A stretch of 35,971 nt of DNA from a virus (IMGVR_UViG_3300020404_002695:1-35971), one strand, 5' to 3'; numbered from the stretch's first letter, positions 18,801 through 28,087 are shown. Numbers and translations: made by a program. Notes: generated by a model from the letters alone, not told the origin.

Positions 18801-19846
18801 TGATCTCTTCTTAACCAGTAGTTATTTTCACCAGGTGAACCAGAGGAATCATAAATGTTTCGACTTACTGAAATACTTCCTTTTACATCAAGTCTTAACT
18901 CTCCTTCTCCTGCATTATCTAAATCAGTTATAGAAAGAGGATTAGCAGGAAAAGTTGTTCCTAATCCAACTCTTGATACTCTACCTCCAACATCAGGAAC
19001 AATTAAATCTCCTAGAACTGAGACACCGATTCCAGTAGTTCTGAATTTTTTTATTCCAGCATTATATAAAGCAACTCTTGCATTATTACCACCATGCATT
19101 TTTAATAATGGTTGCCAACTTTGATCAAAGAATTGATATGCTCCTGGTCCATCACCACCATTTGACTTAAATATTAATCCACCCGATCCACTCTCTTCAA
19201 TTAATGAGGTTCTACCATCAACAACTGAGTCTCCATTAGAATCAAGTTGATCCTTAAGAGATATGGTATGAGATATTTCTAAATCATTTCCTGTTCCAAA
19301 AGTAGCTTTTGATTCATCAACAAACTTAAGTCTATTATTAGATTTATCAAAAAATACTGATGATATTCCACCAGACCCATTAAAAATTACATTGTCTTGA
19401 AAACTAGATATACCAACAAACGTGGATAAACCAGCGACACGCAAATTTTCAATTTCTAAATCAATAATTTTTGCTTTTCCACCTACATCTAACAATTCTG
19501 TTGGGTTAGTACTTCCAATACCAACTTTACCAGGATTTAATCTACTGTCTGCTACTAAAACAGTACCACCAACTCCAACTGCTAATCTATCTCTTAATTC
19601 TAAATCTGTAAATGAAAGTGCTTCTGCAAAACTTACCGAATCTAAAAAATTTACTCTATTATGAAAAGTTGTTTCTGGATTTCCAAAAATATTAGATACA
19701 GTTAGGTTATCAATTGTGAGTTGTGGAAGAGGAGGTACAGTTAATGTTCCTTTTATTTCTAGATTTCCTTGTAAATCTACATCCTTTAAAAAGGTTACCT
19801 TTTCATTAAATTGTGCCTCATTACCCGTAACATTTAAATTAGTCAT
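15854..19846 (-). CDS. Tail fibre/tailspike-like protein (1330 aa) with C-terminal predicted pectin-lyase-like beta-helix
   Basis: TIWVTKNGCDTNSGLLEGDAKATIGAAAAVA...TIKIRPGVYEE beta-helix entry motif; 23-aa shaft repeats; AGGAG RBS upstream. Confidence 0.8.
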   Translation of the reverse strand: MTNLNVTGNEAQFNEKVTFLKDVDLQGNLEIKGTLTVPPLPQLTIDNLTVSNIFGNPETTFHNRVNFLDSVSFAEALSFTDLELRDRLAVGVGGTVLVADSRLNPGKVGIGSTNPTELLDVGGKAKIIDLEIENLRVAGLSTFVGISSFQDNVIFNGSGGISSVFFDKSNNRLKFVDESKATFGTGNDLEISHTISLKDQLDSNGDSVVDGRTSLIEESGSGGLIFKSNGGDGPGAYQFFDQSWQPLLKMHGGNNARVALYNAGIKKFRTTGIGVSVLGDLIVPDVGGRVSRVGLGTTFPANPLSITDLDNAGEGELRLDVKGSISVSRNIYDSSGSPGENNYWLRRDQLGIKWVALTPGFDEGIFIQDEGQFLPTDENHQTVGAAQSFTTINFVQRNSLGLGTDTLRPTAADPTFPGTGLSTIFTNDLWGYNGVGNNASIFRMTKVGVNNSNPTYQVDINGDLHAVQQVQFDDTLTVNKHTELKETLNVGAAATFNDNVTITADDKFFKIQTDAGIDKFTVDTNNGNTDIKGTLDVKLETVLKDTLDVTGAANFNNTDDASNSTTGGSVTIDGGAAVAKKLFVGTDFNVKGNTQLGDTSNDTLTVNATSTFKANVTAEKNVDIDENLDVDGHTELDDLNVTGFSTFGPGITTQTSTLFANQFSVAGFSTFIGITTQRSTLFANQLSVVGFSTFIGITTQRSTLFANQLSVAGFSTFIGITTQKSTMFMKQSSTSGVATFKGTVDLDGAIQDINDDTGFSDPCKTDYRLASVGTGVSWRPSGVQTKRTIWVTKNGCDTNSGLLEGDAKATIGAAAAVALPTDTIKIRPGVYEENNPIGLRTDVTVTGEDIRLVIIQSQNRLQNVFHVRRGCLIENLNFGGSNVGVGHDGAACVAFPPPSGSTTGFTDAGPANEGPSGRWRSPYIRNCTNFMTGSIGMKIDGNDARADYTGTNIIGADLKSMVCDSFTQYNENGIGVSLTNNAYAQLVSIFTINTDIGIYADTGAQCDLTNSNSSFGNFGLVAVGLGSTEFTGIVSNTNPAGELILSTTPEEQDVVVGTSVTDLNNQFRRPFDGQALYFKIKASNYGGDFNTDNLNAGTLNSDGRITAPLQQLDSIKLNSGVDLTGFSAIDPPDVLIRDADGTQEPKGPQGIIAEATATVSPAGLLTEINVVAQGRNYLSGQNIVVDVEGDTSLATAVMSPIYYTVEEATDNTIGITSITFNEFIPYELFPDDPFTLQRISRILTSSHSFEYVGTGTAINKSVPLQGAIPIKANEVVAKDGAQIPFTSTDQKGNFDIGEGLQINQTTSTISGRDFSRSLQAEVTPLILALR
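17670..17920 (-). repeat. 69-bp in-frame tandem repeat (about 3.5 copies; GFSTFIGITTQRSTLFANQLSVA)
   Basis: aatgtagagaa recurs with 69-nt spacing (last interval 72 nt). Confidence 0.9.
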
Positions 19847-19856
19847 ATTAATTCTC

Positions 19857-20597
19857 CTAATTTAATGAATCAAAAATTCCTTTTGCTTTATTTTGTAAAT
19901 CACTTGTCGCTTGTTGCAATCCACTTCGAAGGGCATCTTTATCAATGCTATCGGCAACATTCTCTATTTTTTCAGTGATGGCAGATGCTTTCTCTTTCAG
20001 AGCATCCATATCAATTGGACTATCACCAACTCCAGGTACAACTGGTCCTGATAAAAATTCATCTAATTCAGGTGGTTGACGAAGGTAATCATCTCCAACA
20101 TAAGTTGGTTTCATTATTTGTTGCACCCATGTCCCTACAGTATTTGCAACTAAATTTCCTATCTTACCGAATGCGTCCACTCTTATACCTCTGAGAAGTA
20201 TTCTCGATCCAGCATTCAAAGTGATATTTCTACCTGCTTTTAAATCAATATCTTCATTTGCCTGTACAGTGACACTTCCACCAGAAATTCTTATGTCTCC
20301 ATTTTTAACAACAGTAATGTGAATATCACCTTGAACTGAACTGATTTTAATCCCAACATCACTTGGACTATTTTTAGATCCTGCAATGATCTCCACTGTT
20401 CTTTCATTAAGATTTCTATAAACTCCAGATTCACTAAATGCCTCCACATTTGTCTCTTTGTTATCTGTGACAGCATACCTCATAAAAACTTGCTGTCCAT
20501 CAGTTCCCATTTGTGGATTATTGAGATCTAGTCTATACTTGGGACCTTTGCTCTCACAATATCTTGCTTCCCAATTTTGATCTGCTCTTTCTCCCAT
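19857..20597 (-). CDS. gp5 C-terminal-like spike beta-helix protein
   Basis: DIHITVVKNGDIRISGGSVTVQANEDIDLKAGRNITLNAGSRILLRG resembles gp5/VgrG beta-strand repeats; TAATG-coupled to gp5. Confidence 0.6.
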   Translation of the reverse strand: MGERADQNWEARYCESKGPKYRLDLNNPQMGTDGQQVFMRYAVTDNKETNVEAFSESGVYRNLNERTVEIIAGSKNSPSDVGIKISSVQGDIHITVVKNGDIRISGGSVTVQANEDIDLKAGRNITLNAGSRILLRGIRVDAFGKIGNLVANTVGTWVQQIMKPTYVGDDYLRQPPELDEFLSGPVVPGVGDSPIDMDALKEKASAITEKIENVADSIDKDALRSGLQQATSDLQNKAKGIFDSLN

Positions 20598-22951
20598 TAG
20601 TAACCTCCTCCATATCCACCACCACCTGAAGGTGGAGCACTTGGTGGTGGACTACTTGGTGGTGGACTACTTGGTGGTGTTGGTGATGGTGTTGTATTAT
20701 CAATCATTGGTGATGTTGGTGTTATAGTTGGTTGACTTGTTGATTCTTGTGTAGTAGTTGTTGCCACACTAACAGCAACAGGAGCAAAACTTTGTTCTGG
20801 TGTATCATAAATTATTTCATGTGGAGTTGATGTGTGTGCGATACCCACCATTTTCACTCCCCTTGTAGGATGTAAATGGAAAGGTCCATAGTATGGTTTT
20901 CCGTTCACATATCCAACCAACTTGTTTGTTTCAGGTCCTACACAATCAATTACCTGAATAACTTCTCCTTGTGGAGTTAGTGGTAGTCTACCAATTATTG
21001 GTTTAAGAAGAGCACCAACACCAGTGGGTGAAGATACAATAATTCTAGGTATTCTAGTGATCTTAACATTATTTATCGGTATTGCAGATATTATTCTTCC
21101 ATTATCAATCGTGAGATTATATTGTGTGTTACCATCTGATGCAGTGGTTGAATCAACTTCATATCCTGAACCACCATCACTTACCTTAGCTGCTATCACT
21201 CCTACAGGTATATCATCTGAATTTACAACTTCATCAGTGTTGGAGGATGGATAATTTTCTCCTTCAGAAATTATATCTACACCGATAATTTTGCCATAGG
21301 TATTAGAATCAGGATTGTAATCCACAATTGCTCTCGCATGTGCACCATATCCCTTTCGACAAGGATCTTCAATACTAACAATTGGTGGAGATGAAAAATA
21401 TGAAGAACCAGGATCTGTGATCTCTACACCTATAATACTCGCTGTCCTACTCACATCAGCAGTCACATCAGATAATCCCTCTGTATTATCAACAATTCCA
21501 CCCAGTATTGCTTTACCAAACCCTCCAACACCATCACCACCGAAGAAACTCACTGTTGGTGGTCCGCAGAATGTTTTAGATGCACAGTCTGGTTTCGTGA
21601 TAGGACCACTATCTGCACCAAGAGTGTCTGCGATATTCATATTTTTAAGAACATTATCATAAGCGTCTTTTACATCAAATGATCTTTGAGGACCATATCC
21701 AGTAGAAAACTTCTTAATTTGTCCTACACATTTACCACTTGATTGATTGCAACTTAAAACTTCTCCAATGGATTTAAATGTATTAGAAGAACTCCGTAAA
21801 AGATCTTGAACTTTAAAACTTTTTGGAATCACATTACCCAAACCTTTGAGAGGTGCTTCCAAAGCATCCGATATATCATTAGTGATACCATTTAACAATG
21901 AACCAACGAGTTGTTCTGTGACACATGTTCCAGTATCTACAACCTCAAAGACTGCCTGTTCAATCATACCCCTTATGGTTTTGTCCAAACCACCCACGAT
22001 TTTTCCTGGTAGGCAATCAAGATTATCCTGTAAAGCTGCAATCTTTCCGACCTGTGCTTTTTGTGCATTAATTCCTGCTAATTTTGCCAAACCACTATTC
22101 TGTGTGGTTGCTAGTACTTTAGAAAAAGTATCATTATACAACGATTCTAACCCACCTTGAATTGTTGGAACCATGCTTGAATAAACAGATTCTGTCATAG
22201 CAGAAACAGCACCATTTGATAAAGATTGAATTTGTTTGGTGACACTTGCAACATCAGATAGGAAATCTGTTCCCTCTCCAACCCCATTGAGTAGATTATC
22301 TAAACTTGCAGAAACTTTACCTACAAAATTATCAGCACAAGCATCTGCAGGAACTTCAACAACTCCTAAAGTAGATGAAACAGATAAATCTTTCTTTTCA
22401 CCTTCCCCTTTATTTTTATTTTTTTCATCTATTTGTTTTTTATCAAGTAATGATCCAGATTTACTAGACTCCGTATTCGTATCATTCTCCTCACCAGCAT
22501 CCAACGTGCCACTTGGAGGTGGAATTTTTTCTGTATAACCTGTAAATGGCAAAAATCCCAACGATTCTGATGGTAAATCCTGTACTACATCTCGTGTTCT
22601 ACCAAATGCACCAAGTATAACTGGTTGTTGAGCCACTTCACCATCAAGGAAAAATCCAATGACAACATCACCAGGTCTTAATGCAATTGTTGTAGAGAAA
22701 CTTGCACCTCCTGTGCCTGATGTAGCAGGAAGCATAACATTAGCCCAAGGTAAATCAGCATCAGATAGTTCTGCTTTAGAAAATGGATGATATCCCATAA
22801 TTCTAACTTTAAGTCGATTACCCCATGTTTCAGCACCTTTCTTTGGAGCAAGTTGTTCTCCCTGTGCAGTGGATGGTGCAATCTGTCCAACCCACCAACG
22901 AAAACCATCTTTACCTACAAAATTAGTTTTTACTAGTGATTCATCTATCAT
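20597..22951 (-). CDS. gp5: Baseplate hub/central spike gp5 (N-terminal OB-fold; no recognisable lysozyme domain)
   Basis: FVGKDGFRWWVGQI...RLKVRIMGYH...LPWANVMLP...GDVVIGFFLDGEVAQQPVILG is the gp5 OB-fold signature. Confidence 0.85.
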   Translation of the reverse strand: MIDESLVKTNFVGKDGFRWWVGQIAPSTAQGEQLAPKKGAETWGNRLKVRIMGYHPFSKAELSDADLPWANVMLPATSGTGGASFSTTIALRPGDVVIGFFLDGEVAQQPVILGAFGRTRDVVQDLPSESLGFLPFTGYTEKIPPPSGTLDAGEENDTNTESSKSGSLLDKKQIDEKNKNKGEGEKKDLSVSSTLGVVEVPADACADNFVGKVSASLDNLLNGVGEGTDFLSDVASVTKQIQSLSNGAVSAMTESVYSSMVPTIQGGLESLYNDTFSKVLATTQNSGLAKLAGINAQKAQVGKIAALQDNLDCLPGKIVGGLDKTIRGMIEQAVFEVVDTGTCVTEQLVGSLLNGITNDISDALEAPLKGLGNVIPKSFKVQDLLRSSSNTFKSIGEVLSCNQSSGKCVGQIKKFSTGYGPQRSFDVKDAYDNVLKNMNIADTLGADSGPITKPDCASKTFCGPPTVSFFGGDGVGGFGKAILGGIVDNTEGLSDVTADVSRTASIIGVEITDPGSSYFSSPPIVSIEDPCRKGYGAHARAIVDYNPDSNTYGKIIGVDIISEGENYPSSNTDEVVNSDDIPVGVIAAKVSDGGSGYEVDSTTASDGNTQYNLTIDNGRIISAIPINNVKITRIPRIIVSSPTGVGALLKPIIGRLPLTPQGEVIQVIDCVGPETNKLVGYVNGKPYYGPFHLHPTRGVKMVGIAHTSTPHEIIYDTPEQSFAPVAVSVATTTTQESTSQPTITPTSPMIDNTTPSPTPPSSPPPSSPPPSAPPSGGGGYGGGY
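20639..20679 (-). repeat. 15-bp tandem repeat encoding a Pro/Ser tail (PPSSP)
   Basis: acttggtggtggact twice plus a partial third copy. Confidence 0.85.
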
Positions 22952-24304
22952 TTATTTACCTCCATATAATCCAAATGTATCTCTCACTAATCTCATTGAT
23001 GTAACGGATCTTTTTGCTTCAAAGTGATGACATAATTCTTTTATTAAGTATTTACCACTTGTCTCTTTATCAAATTCACCCGAATCCTCTCTTGATATCT
23101 TAGGAAAATTACAGGTAATCACATCACCTGCTTTTAAATCTGTATTACATGGCACAACCATACTCAAACTTTGTGTCATCAGAAGATTATATCTTACTAT
23201 ATTCTGTCCTTGATATTTTTCAGGACCATAATTTGTGTCTTTAGATATAGTAGTCCCTGCTCCAACATCAACGATTTGTGTGATAACTCTAGTCGGTAAA
23301 TCATCAAGAGTTAAATCTGACTCGTCAGATATTTTCGGTAACTGTAAATCCCCACCTAAATTAGAAATCTTTTTTTCCTTACCTATATTTTTTTGTCCGT
23401 ATTTAAATTGTTCCTGCGTAAAACTAAAATTTAAAGGATTGAAAGTAAGACGTGCAAAAGAATAAGTTCCTTTTTTTAAGTTGCCTATGATATCTTGATT
23501 CTTGTCAACACTGTAATTTAATATGTTAAAATCATTATTTCTCTCTATTGAACTTTCATTCACCTCTGTATATGTATACGTTGCTTTTGATTCACCATCA
23601 ATTAACGAATCAATTGATTTAAATTTAAATCCATCCTGTGTTTGGAAGAAAACAAAACCTGCAGACGCATCTTTTGATTTATTTGGAATCGATTTAGAAG
23701 CAAGTGAAATGAGTGTTGCGAATGGTTTCTTTAAATTACCTAAAAATTCATAAGGCAATAAAGTTTCTTCAACCTCATATCTTGATTCATCTACCTTTAA
23801 AACATCCTTAAGTATAACTTTAACAGTTTCACTTATAATACCTTTGTATCTTTTCATTACTCTTACGGTTTGATTTGTTATTGCCTCTCTGGAAACTAAA
23901 TTAAGTAGAAAACTTTCTCTTTGAGTTTCTTGTAAAACTTGAGTAATACTTGAGACAAACAAGTATTTTTTAGGATCTGATGAGAAATCAAGACCAGTTT
24001 TTTCCTCACCTTTAAATGTTTTTCCCTGATCTAATATTTTCATCACCAATCTCTCTCCTCCTCGCAATGGTAATCCATTATAAATTGATTGTTTAGGACC
24101 ATCAACTTTTGAATCATCTTGTGGATCTTTAGGAGAAATAGAGTCACCTGTATTGATAACTCTTACTTTTGCTGTAATATTAGGTGAAAAAATATCTTCA
24201 TAGTAATCAATTGATACAATTCCTTGTTTCAGATCAGCTGTTCTTTTCTGATCATTTGATTCAAGAAATAATTGTTCGAAAGTAGCAGAGGATGATGCTG
24301 ACAT
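22952..24304 (-). CDS. Baseplate hub protein (gp27-like)
   Basis: YYEDIFSP..., GFVFFQTQDGFKFKSIDSL, C-terminal VPCNTDLKAGDVI...SGKYLIKELCHHF...MRLVRD; immediately upstream of gp5. Confidence 0.7.
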   Translation of the reverse strand: MSASSSATFEQLFLESNDQKRTADLKQGIVSIDYYEDIFSPNITAKVRVINTGDSISPKDPQDDSKVDGPKQSIYNGLPLRGGERLVMKILDQGKTFKGEEKTGLDFSSDPKKYLFVSSITQVLQETQRESFLLNLVSREAITNQTVRVMKRYKGIISETVKVILKDVLKVDESRYEVEETLLPYEFLGNLKKPFATLISLASKSIPNKSKDASAGFVFFQTQDGFKFKSIDSLIDGESKATYTYTEVNESSIERNNDFNILNYSVDKNQDIIGNLKKGTYSFARLTFNPLNFSFTQEQFKYGQKNIGKEKKISNLGGDLQLPKISDESDLTLDDLPTRVITQIVDVGAGTTISKDTNYGPEKYQGQNIVRYNLLMTQSLSMVVPCNTDLKAGDVITCNFPKISREDSGEFDKETSGKYLIKELCHHFEAKRSVTSMRLVRDTFGLYGGK

Positions 24305-24305
24305 G

Positions 24306-25562
24306 TTATTCTGTTAGTGCCATATTTAGTTGATCGTTTGCAGTATTGCCACTCTTGACAATAATAATTTCACTTTTTTTTCCAGTGTTATTTGTTCCAC
24401 CTGATTGTGATCCGTTATTATTTACCATCACAATTGTTTGTTTAGGTTTTCTTTGTGGAGTGAATTTACCTGTATTTACCTGATTGTTATTAGATTTTAT
24501 TAAATTAGAATTTTGTCCAGTGCTCGTAACTGTAGATTTTTTTCCTGTATTTCCATTTACAACACCTCCTGTATTTCCATTTACAACACCTCCTGTATTA
24601 ACAGCACCATTACCACTTTCAGTGCTCATATTCATAGTTTTTGCACCACCACCCGTATTTGACGTATTTACAGTGCCTGTATTCGTGGTGCCACTCATAT
24701 TATTTTTATCAAACGCAGCATCAACCTTTTTCTTTTGTACCGCTACTTCTTTCACTCCTTCAGGTGTAGATGGGTCAATTGATTTTTCTAAATTTTCCTT
24801 ACCAACAATATCGACACCTGTACCTGCCTTTTCAATTGATTTTATAGTATTATTCCAATCTTCACTTTGTTTAGACATGGTTGATGATATGTCAGCAACA
24901 GACGCTATATTTTTTTCTTCTGTCACCTCTTTCTTGTCTAATTCAGTTTTTATCTCTTTTTTCGGTTTTTTCTTCATTCCTAAGAAATTTTTGGCAGCAT
25001 CACCCAATTTATCTTTCATATTGATAAATCCATCTTTGATTTTATCAAATGCGCCCATAATTTTTTCTTTTATATTATCAAAGGTTATATTTTTTATGGC
25101 ATTAAAAGCTTTTTTAATCACCTTACTAACATCTTGAAAAAAACCTTTTATGCTATTAAAGAAATTTTTAAATTTTTCTACAATATTTTGTATTGTTTCT
25201 ATTATTTTTTTAATAAATTTTATTATTTTTGGAAGTTGATTGAATATAAATCCAAACAAAATAGCTTGTAAGAATGCTATTAATCTTTGTAGAATACCTC
25301 CACCAGCACCTCCAACTTTTTTTCTTTCAGATTTTCTTTGATTTTTTTGTTGCTCTAGTGCCTCCTCCTGCTCTAATCTTCTTTTTCTCTCTCTTCTCTT
25401 TTTCATGAATTTTTTTCCCGCCACTCTCACACGTTTTTTTATTTTTGCATTTTTAGCTGCAGATTTTGCAAATGTTTTAGTGCTCTTTGCAACACCTTTC
25501 ATGGCACCTGCAGATTTTGCTGCGATTTTTGCTCCTATTTTTGCTATAGCTGCTATTGCCAT
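24306..25562 (-). CDS. Tape-measure-like protein 2 (418 aa)
   Basis: Basic coiled coil, then a hydrophobic segment, then amphipathic Phe/Ile-periodic helices; located before the hub gene. Confidence 0.5.
   Translation of the reverse strand: MAIAAIAKIGAKIAAKSAGAMKGVAKSTKTFAKSAAKNAKIKKRVRVAGKKFMKKRRERKRRLEQEEALEQQKNQRKSERKKVGGAGGGILQRLIAFLQAILFGFIFNQLPKIIKFIKKIIETIQNIVEKFKNFFNSIKGFFQDVSKVIKKAFNAIKNITFDNIKEKIMGAFDKIKDGFINMKDKLGDAAKNFLGMKKKPKKEIKTELDKKEVTEEKNIASVADISSTMSKQSEDWNNTIKSIEKAGTGVDIVGKENLEKSIDPSTPEGVKEVAVQKKKVDAAFDKNNMSGTTNTGTVNTSNTGGGAKTMNMSTESGNGAVNTGGVVNGNTGGVVNGNTGKKSTVTSTGQNSNLIKSNNNQVNTGKFTPQRKPKQTIVMVNNNGSQSGGTNNTGKKSEIIIVKSGNTANDQLNMALTE
24543..24599 (-). repeat. 24-bp perfect tandem duplication (NTGGVVNG)
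   Basis: tcctgtatttccatttacaacacc twice plus a 9-nt partial copy. Confidence 0.9.
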
Positions 25563-25564
25563 AT

Positions 25565-27196
25565 TTAACCTCCTGCGTTATATTGCATTTCAGTATAATC
25601 AACTTCCGAATTGTCACGATTCTTTGAATTCACTCTAATGTTATTAGTCGCATTACCTTCATCAGTGGGGATTTCTCCTCCAGTTCCTCCATTATTGACT
25701 ACTTTTACTTCTGCTTCAACGTCATTAAGAGTTGTGACTCCCGTTTTTGTAACATTTGAATTGATTACTGAATCATTTCCGTTAGTATTAAGGGTGGTAT
25801 TAATAGCATCATCTCCAGATATAGTGACAACTTTTTTATCATATTTTTGTTGAATTTTTGACTCTGCAGCTTTCTTCAATCTATTTGTTTCTGCAATATA
25901 AGCCCGCAATTCTGGATAATCTTTAGGATCAGGAGCATCCGCTAAGGGATGACCAGGTTTTTTTAATGAATCATATAGTTGTTTATAACCTGGTTTTCTC
26001 TCTCTGTCTATTTTTTTATTTGATTCTCTTATTTCCCTCTGTCTTTGTTTATTTAAATCATTTAGATTTGTTGTGGCGGCATCCTCTTTTATAACCGCAG
26101 CTTTTTCTTCTTCTGTTAATTCATCAAATTTGAGTCTCTTGTCTTTACCGTCTCTCTTCACAAGATATCTTTTACCCTTGTATTCCATTTTAAGAAAATT
26201 CATAAATGCATTTGTATTTCTGACACCCGCTTCTTCCAATTCCCCCTTTATCTCTTTCCTTTCATTTGCAAAAACATCTCCACCCCTTGATTTATGAATT
26301 ATTTTTTTTATCGCAAAAATTGTTGCAATACCAGCAGCTATACCCAAAGCTATCAATCCAGCAGGACTAGCTAAAAATCCTATGATCGCAGTCATAACTG
26401 GTATTATCGCACCAGCAACTGTCGAAATAATACCAGGAAGTGCTAATAATCCACCATTCAATGCCAAAAATATACCACCTGCTATTGCAAGTGAACCTAT
26501 TATTTGATTTCTCATCTTCTTAAAAGTCTCAGTATCACCAGACATCATTGCCTGAAACATTTTTATACCTTTATTGGCAACAAATCCCATGAAAAGAGCT
26601 GAAAATGCATCAACCAATCTTCCCATAATACCTTTAACAGTTTTTCCCACAGCTTCAACAGGTTTAAGTAAACTCTTACCAACAGACTTTCCTACACCCT
26701 CTAAAAGACCCTCTTTTTTCTTCTTTTTATCCTTTTCATCTTCTAGTTGTGTTTGTCTTTGATCTTCTCTTTGTTCCTTTTTTTCCTTCTCGGCATCACC
26801 TTTTAATATTTTTGATACTTTTTCAATATTTGATTTTACAATGTTCTTTAATATGGTTATTTTTCTTGAATTATTTGATATCTGTTTCGAAAGAGTTTCA
26901 ATTAACTTATTTTGAGGTTGAGCACCACCTGAAGATCCCTTATCTGCACTATCACTTTTAACTATCGCACCGAATTGTGCAAGTGGTTTTGTTATTTTAC
27001 CCACCTTTGATAGTTTAGAGTTAGTCTTACCAAATACCTTATTTGCATTTATTTTTCTATTTTTAAATATTGATATTCTTTCTTTTTTTGTTAAAATTCT
27101 ACCTGTGGATGGATCAACACCAGTATCCGCAGCATCCAAATTTGGATTACCAGAAACGTTAAAAAATGAGTCTTTTGAGATACTTGACTTAGCCAC
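25565..27196 (-). CDS. Tape-measure-like protein 1 (543 aa)
   Basis: GTG start; charged coiled coil and a hydrophobic Gly/Ala/Ile-rich stretch of about 65 aa; follows gp26/gp51. Confidence 0.5.
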   Translation of the reverse strand: MAKSSISKDSFFNVSGNPNLDAADTGVDPSTGRILTKKERISIFKNRKINANKVFGKTNSKLSKVGKITKPLAQFGAIVKSDSADKGSSGGAQPQNKLIETLSKQISNNSRKITILKNIVKSNIEKVSKILKGDAEKEKKEQREDQRQTQLEDEKDKKKKKEGLLEGVGKSVGKSLLKPVEAVGKTVKGIMGRLVDAFSALFMGFVANKGIKMFQAMMSGDTETFKKMRNQIIGSLAIAGGIFLALNGGLLALPGIISTVAGAIIPVMTAIIGFLASPAGLIALGIAAGIATIFAIKKIIHKSRGGDVFANERKEIKGELEEAGVRNTNAFMNFLKMEYKGKRYLVKRDGKDKRLKFDELTEEEKAAVIKEDAATTNLNDLNKQRQREIRESNKKIDRERKPGYKQLYDSLKKPGHPLADAPDPKDYPELRAYIAETNRLKKAAESKIQQKYDKKVVTISGDDAINTTLNTNGNDSVINSNVTKTGVTTLNDVEAEVKVVNNGGTGGEIPTDEGNATNNIRVNSKNRDNSEVDYTEMQYNAGG

Positions 27197-27365
27197 GTTG
27201 TTGTTTTTGCTTTAGATTTTCTTCCTCTATATATTGTTCCAGAAGAGCGACATATACATCTTTCTCCCAAGGAATCATATTTTCAATCTCAGTTAATGAG
27301 TATTTATGATGTTGCATCAAGGCAAAGTTAATTTTAAAGTATGACTCCAAATTGGTATGAGCCAT
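27189..27365 (-). CDS. gp51: gp51-like baseplate hub assembly protein, short form (58 aa)
   Basis: Below the ORF-track cutoff; translated by hand as MAHTNLESYFKINFALMQHHKYSLTEIENMIPWEKDVYVALLEQYIEEENLKQKQQRG*. Confidence 0.85.
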   Translation of the reverse strand: MAHTNLESYFKINFALMQHHKYSLTEIENMIPWEKDVYVALLEQYIEEENLKQKQQRG

Positions 27366-27367
27366 AC

Positions 27368-28087
27368 CTACTCGAAAAAAGATGATAACCCTTCAAGAAC
27401 TATTTCATTTTCAACTTTAGTTTTTGGATTCGTAACCTTGATCGTGTGAGATAATTTAGGCATGGTATCAAAAAATTGTTCTACATCCTTAAATTGTTTA
27501 GAATTTAATTGGTCAAGAAATTCTGTCATTTCTTTTTTTGTACAATCTGATGTATTCCATGATTCTTCCTCATTATATATCTGATCAATACATGAAATTA
27601 TTAAATCAAATGATTGTTCAACTGATATATCATCATCCAAGTTGAAATTGGTTTTGACAAATTCATTCATAGATGGATATTTCATTCTCATTGTCAAATT
27701 ATCATCTAATTTGATATCCTTATTATGTTTAGGATCTCTTTTGATTTGTATTTCATCTAATGGAATAATTACAGGCACTTGCGTTTTTTCATCATCAGGA
27801 CAAGTGATAAGAACTTCAACATTTTCACCGACAGATTTTCCCCTTATATTAAGAAAAAGATATTCAATATCAAAAGTAGATAATTTTTCAACTTTGATTC
27901 CCCTTGACAAAATACAATTGTTGATAACAGTTTTAATTGCAGTTGTAATCTGTTTCATATCTTCAGATTCCATCGCAATTATTAAAATTTTCTCCTCTTT
28001 TACTAAAAATGGTCGATATTTTATTTTTCGATCACTTGACGGTAAAACCAATTCATAAGTAGGGGTGGCAATTTTTGGTAATGGCAT
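27368..28087 (-). CDS. gp26: Baseplate hub assembly chaperone gp26
   Basis: MPLPKIATPTYELVLPS...YRPFLVKEEKIL...FDIEYLFLNIRGKSVGE...LEGLSSFFE. Confidence 0.9.
   Translation of the reverse strand: MPLPKIATPTYELVLPSSDRKIKYRPFLVKEEKILIIAMESEDMKQITTAIKTVINNCILSRGIKVEKLSTFDIEYLFLNIRGKSVGENVEVLITCPDDEKTQVPVIIPLDEIQIKRDPKHNKDIKLDDNLTMRMKYPSMNEFVKTNFNLDDDISVEQSFDLIISCIDQIYNEEESWNTSDCTKKEMTEFLDQLNSKQFKDVEQFFDTMPKLSHTIKVTNPKTKVENEIVLEGLSSFFE
27374..27380 (-). other. Candidate -1 programmed ribosomal frameshift heptamer T_TTT_TTC
   Basis: X_XXY_YYZ pattern in phase with gp26, one codon (GAG) before its stop; the -1 frame is open into gp51. Confidence 0.6.

Noticed and set aside
16-28058. Numerous plus-strand ORFs of 60-217 aa opposite the tail genes
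   Set aside because: They lie antisense to long, well-supported genes and read as mirror images of their codon bias, with no recognisable motifs
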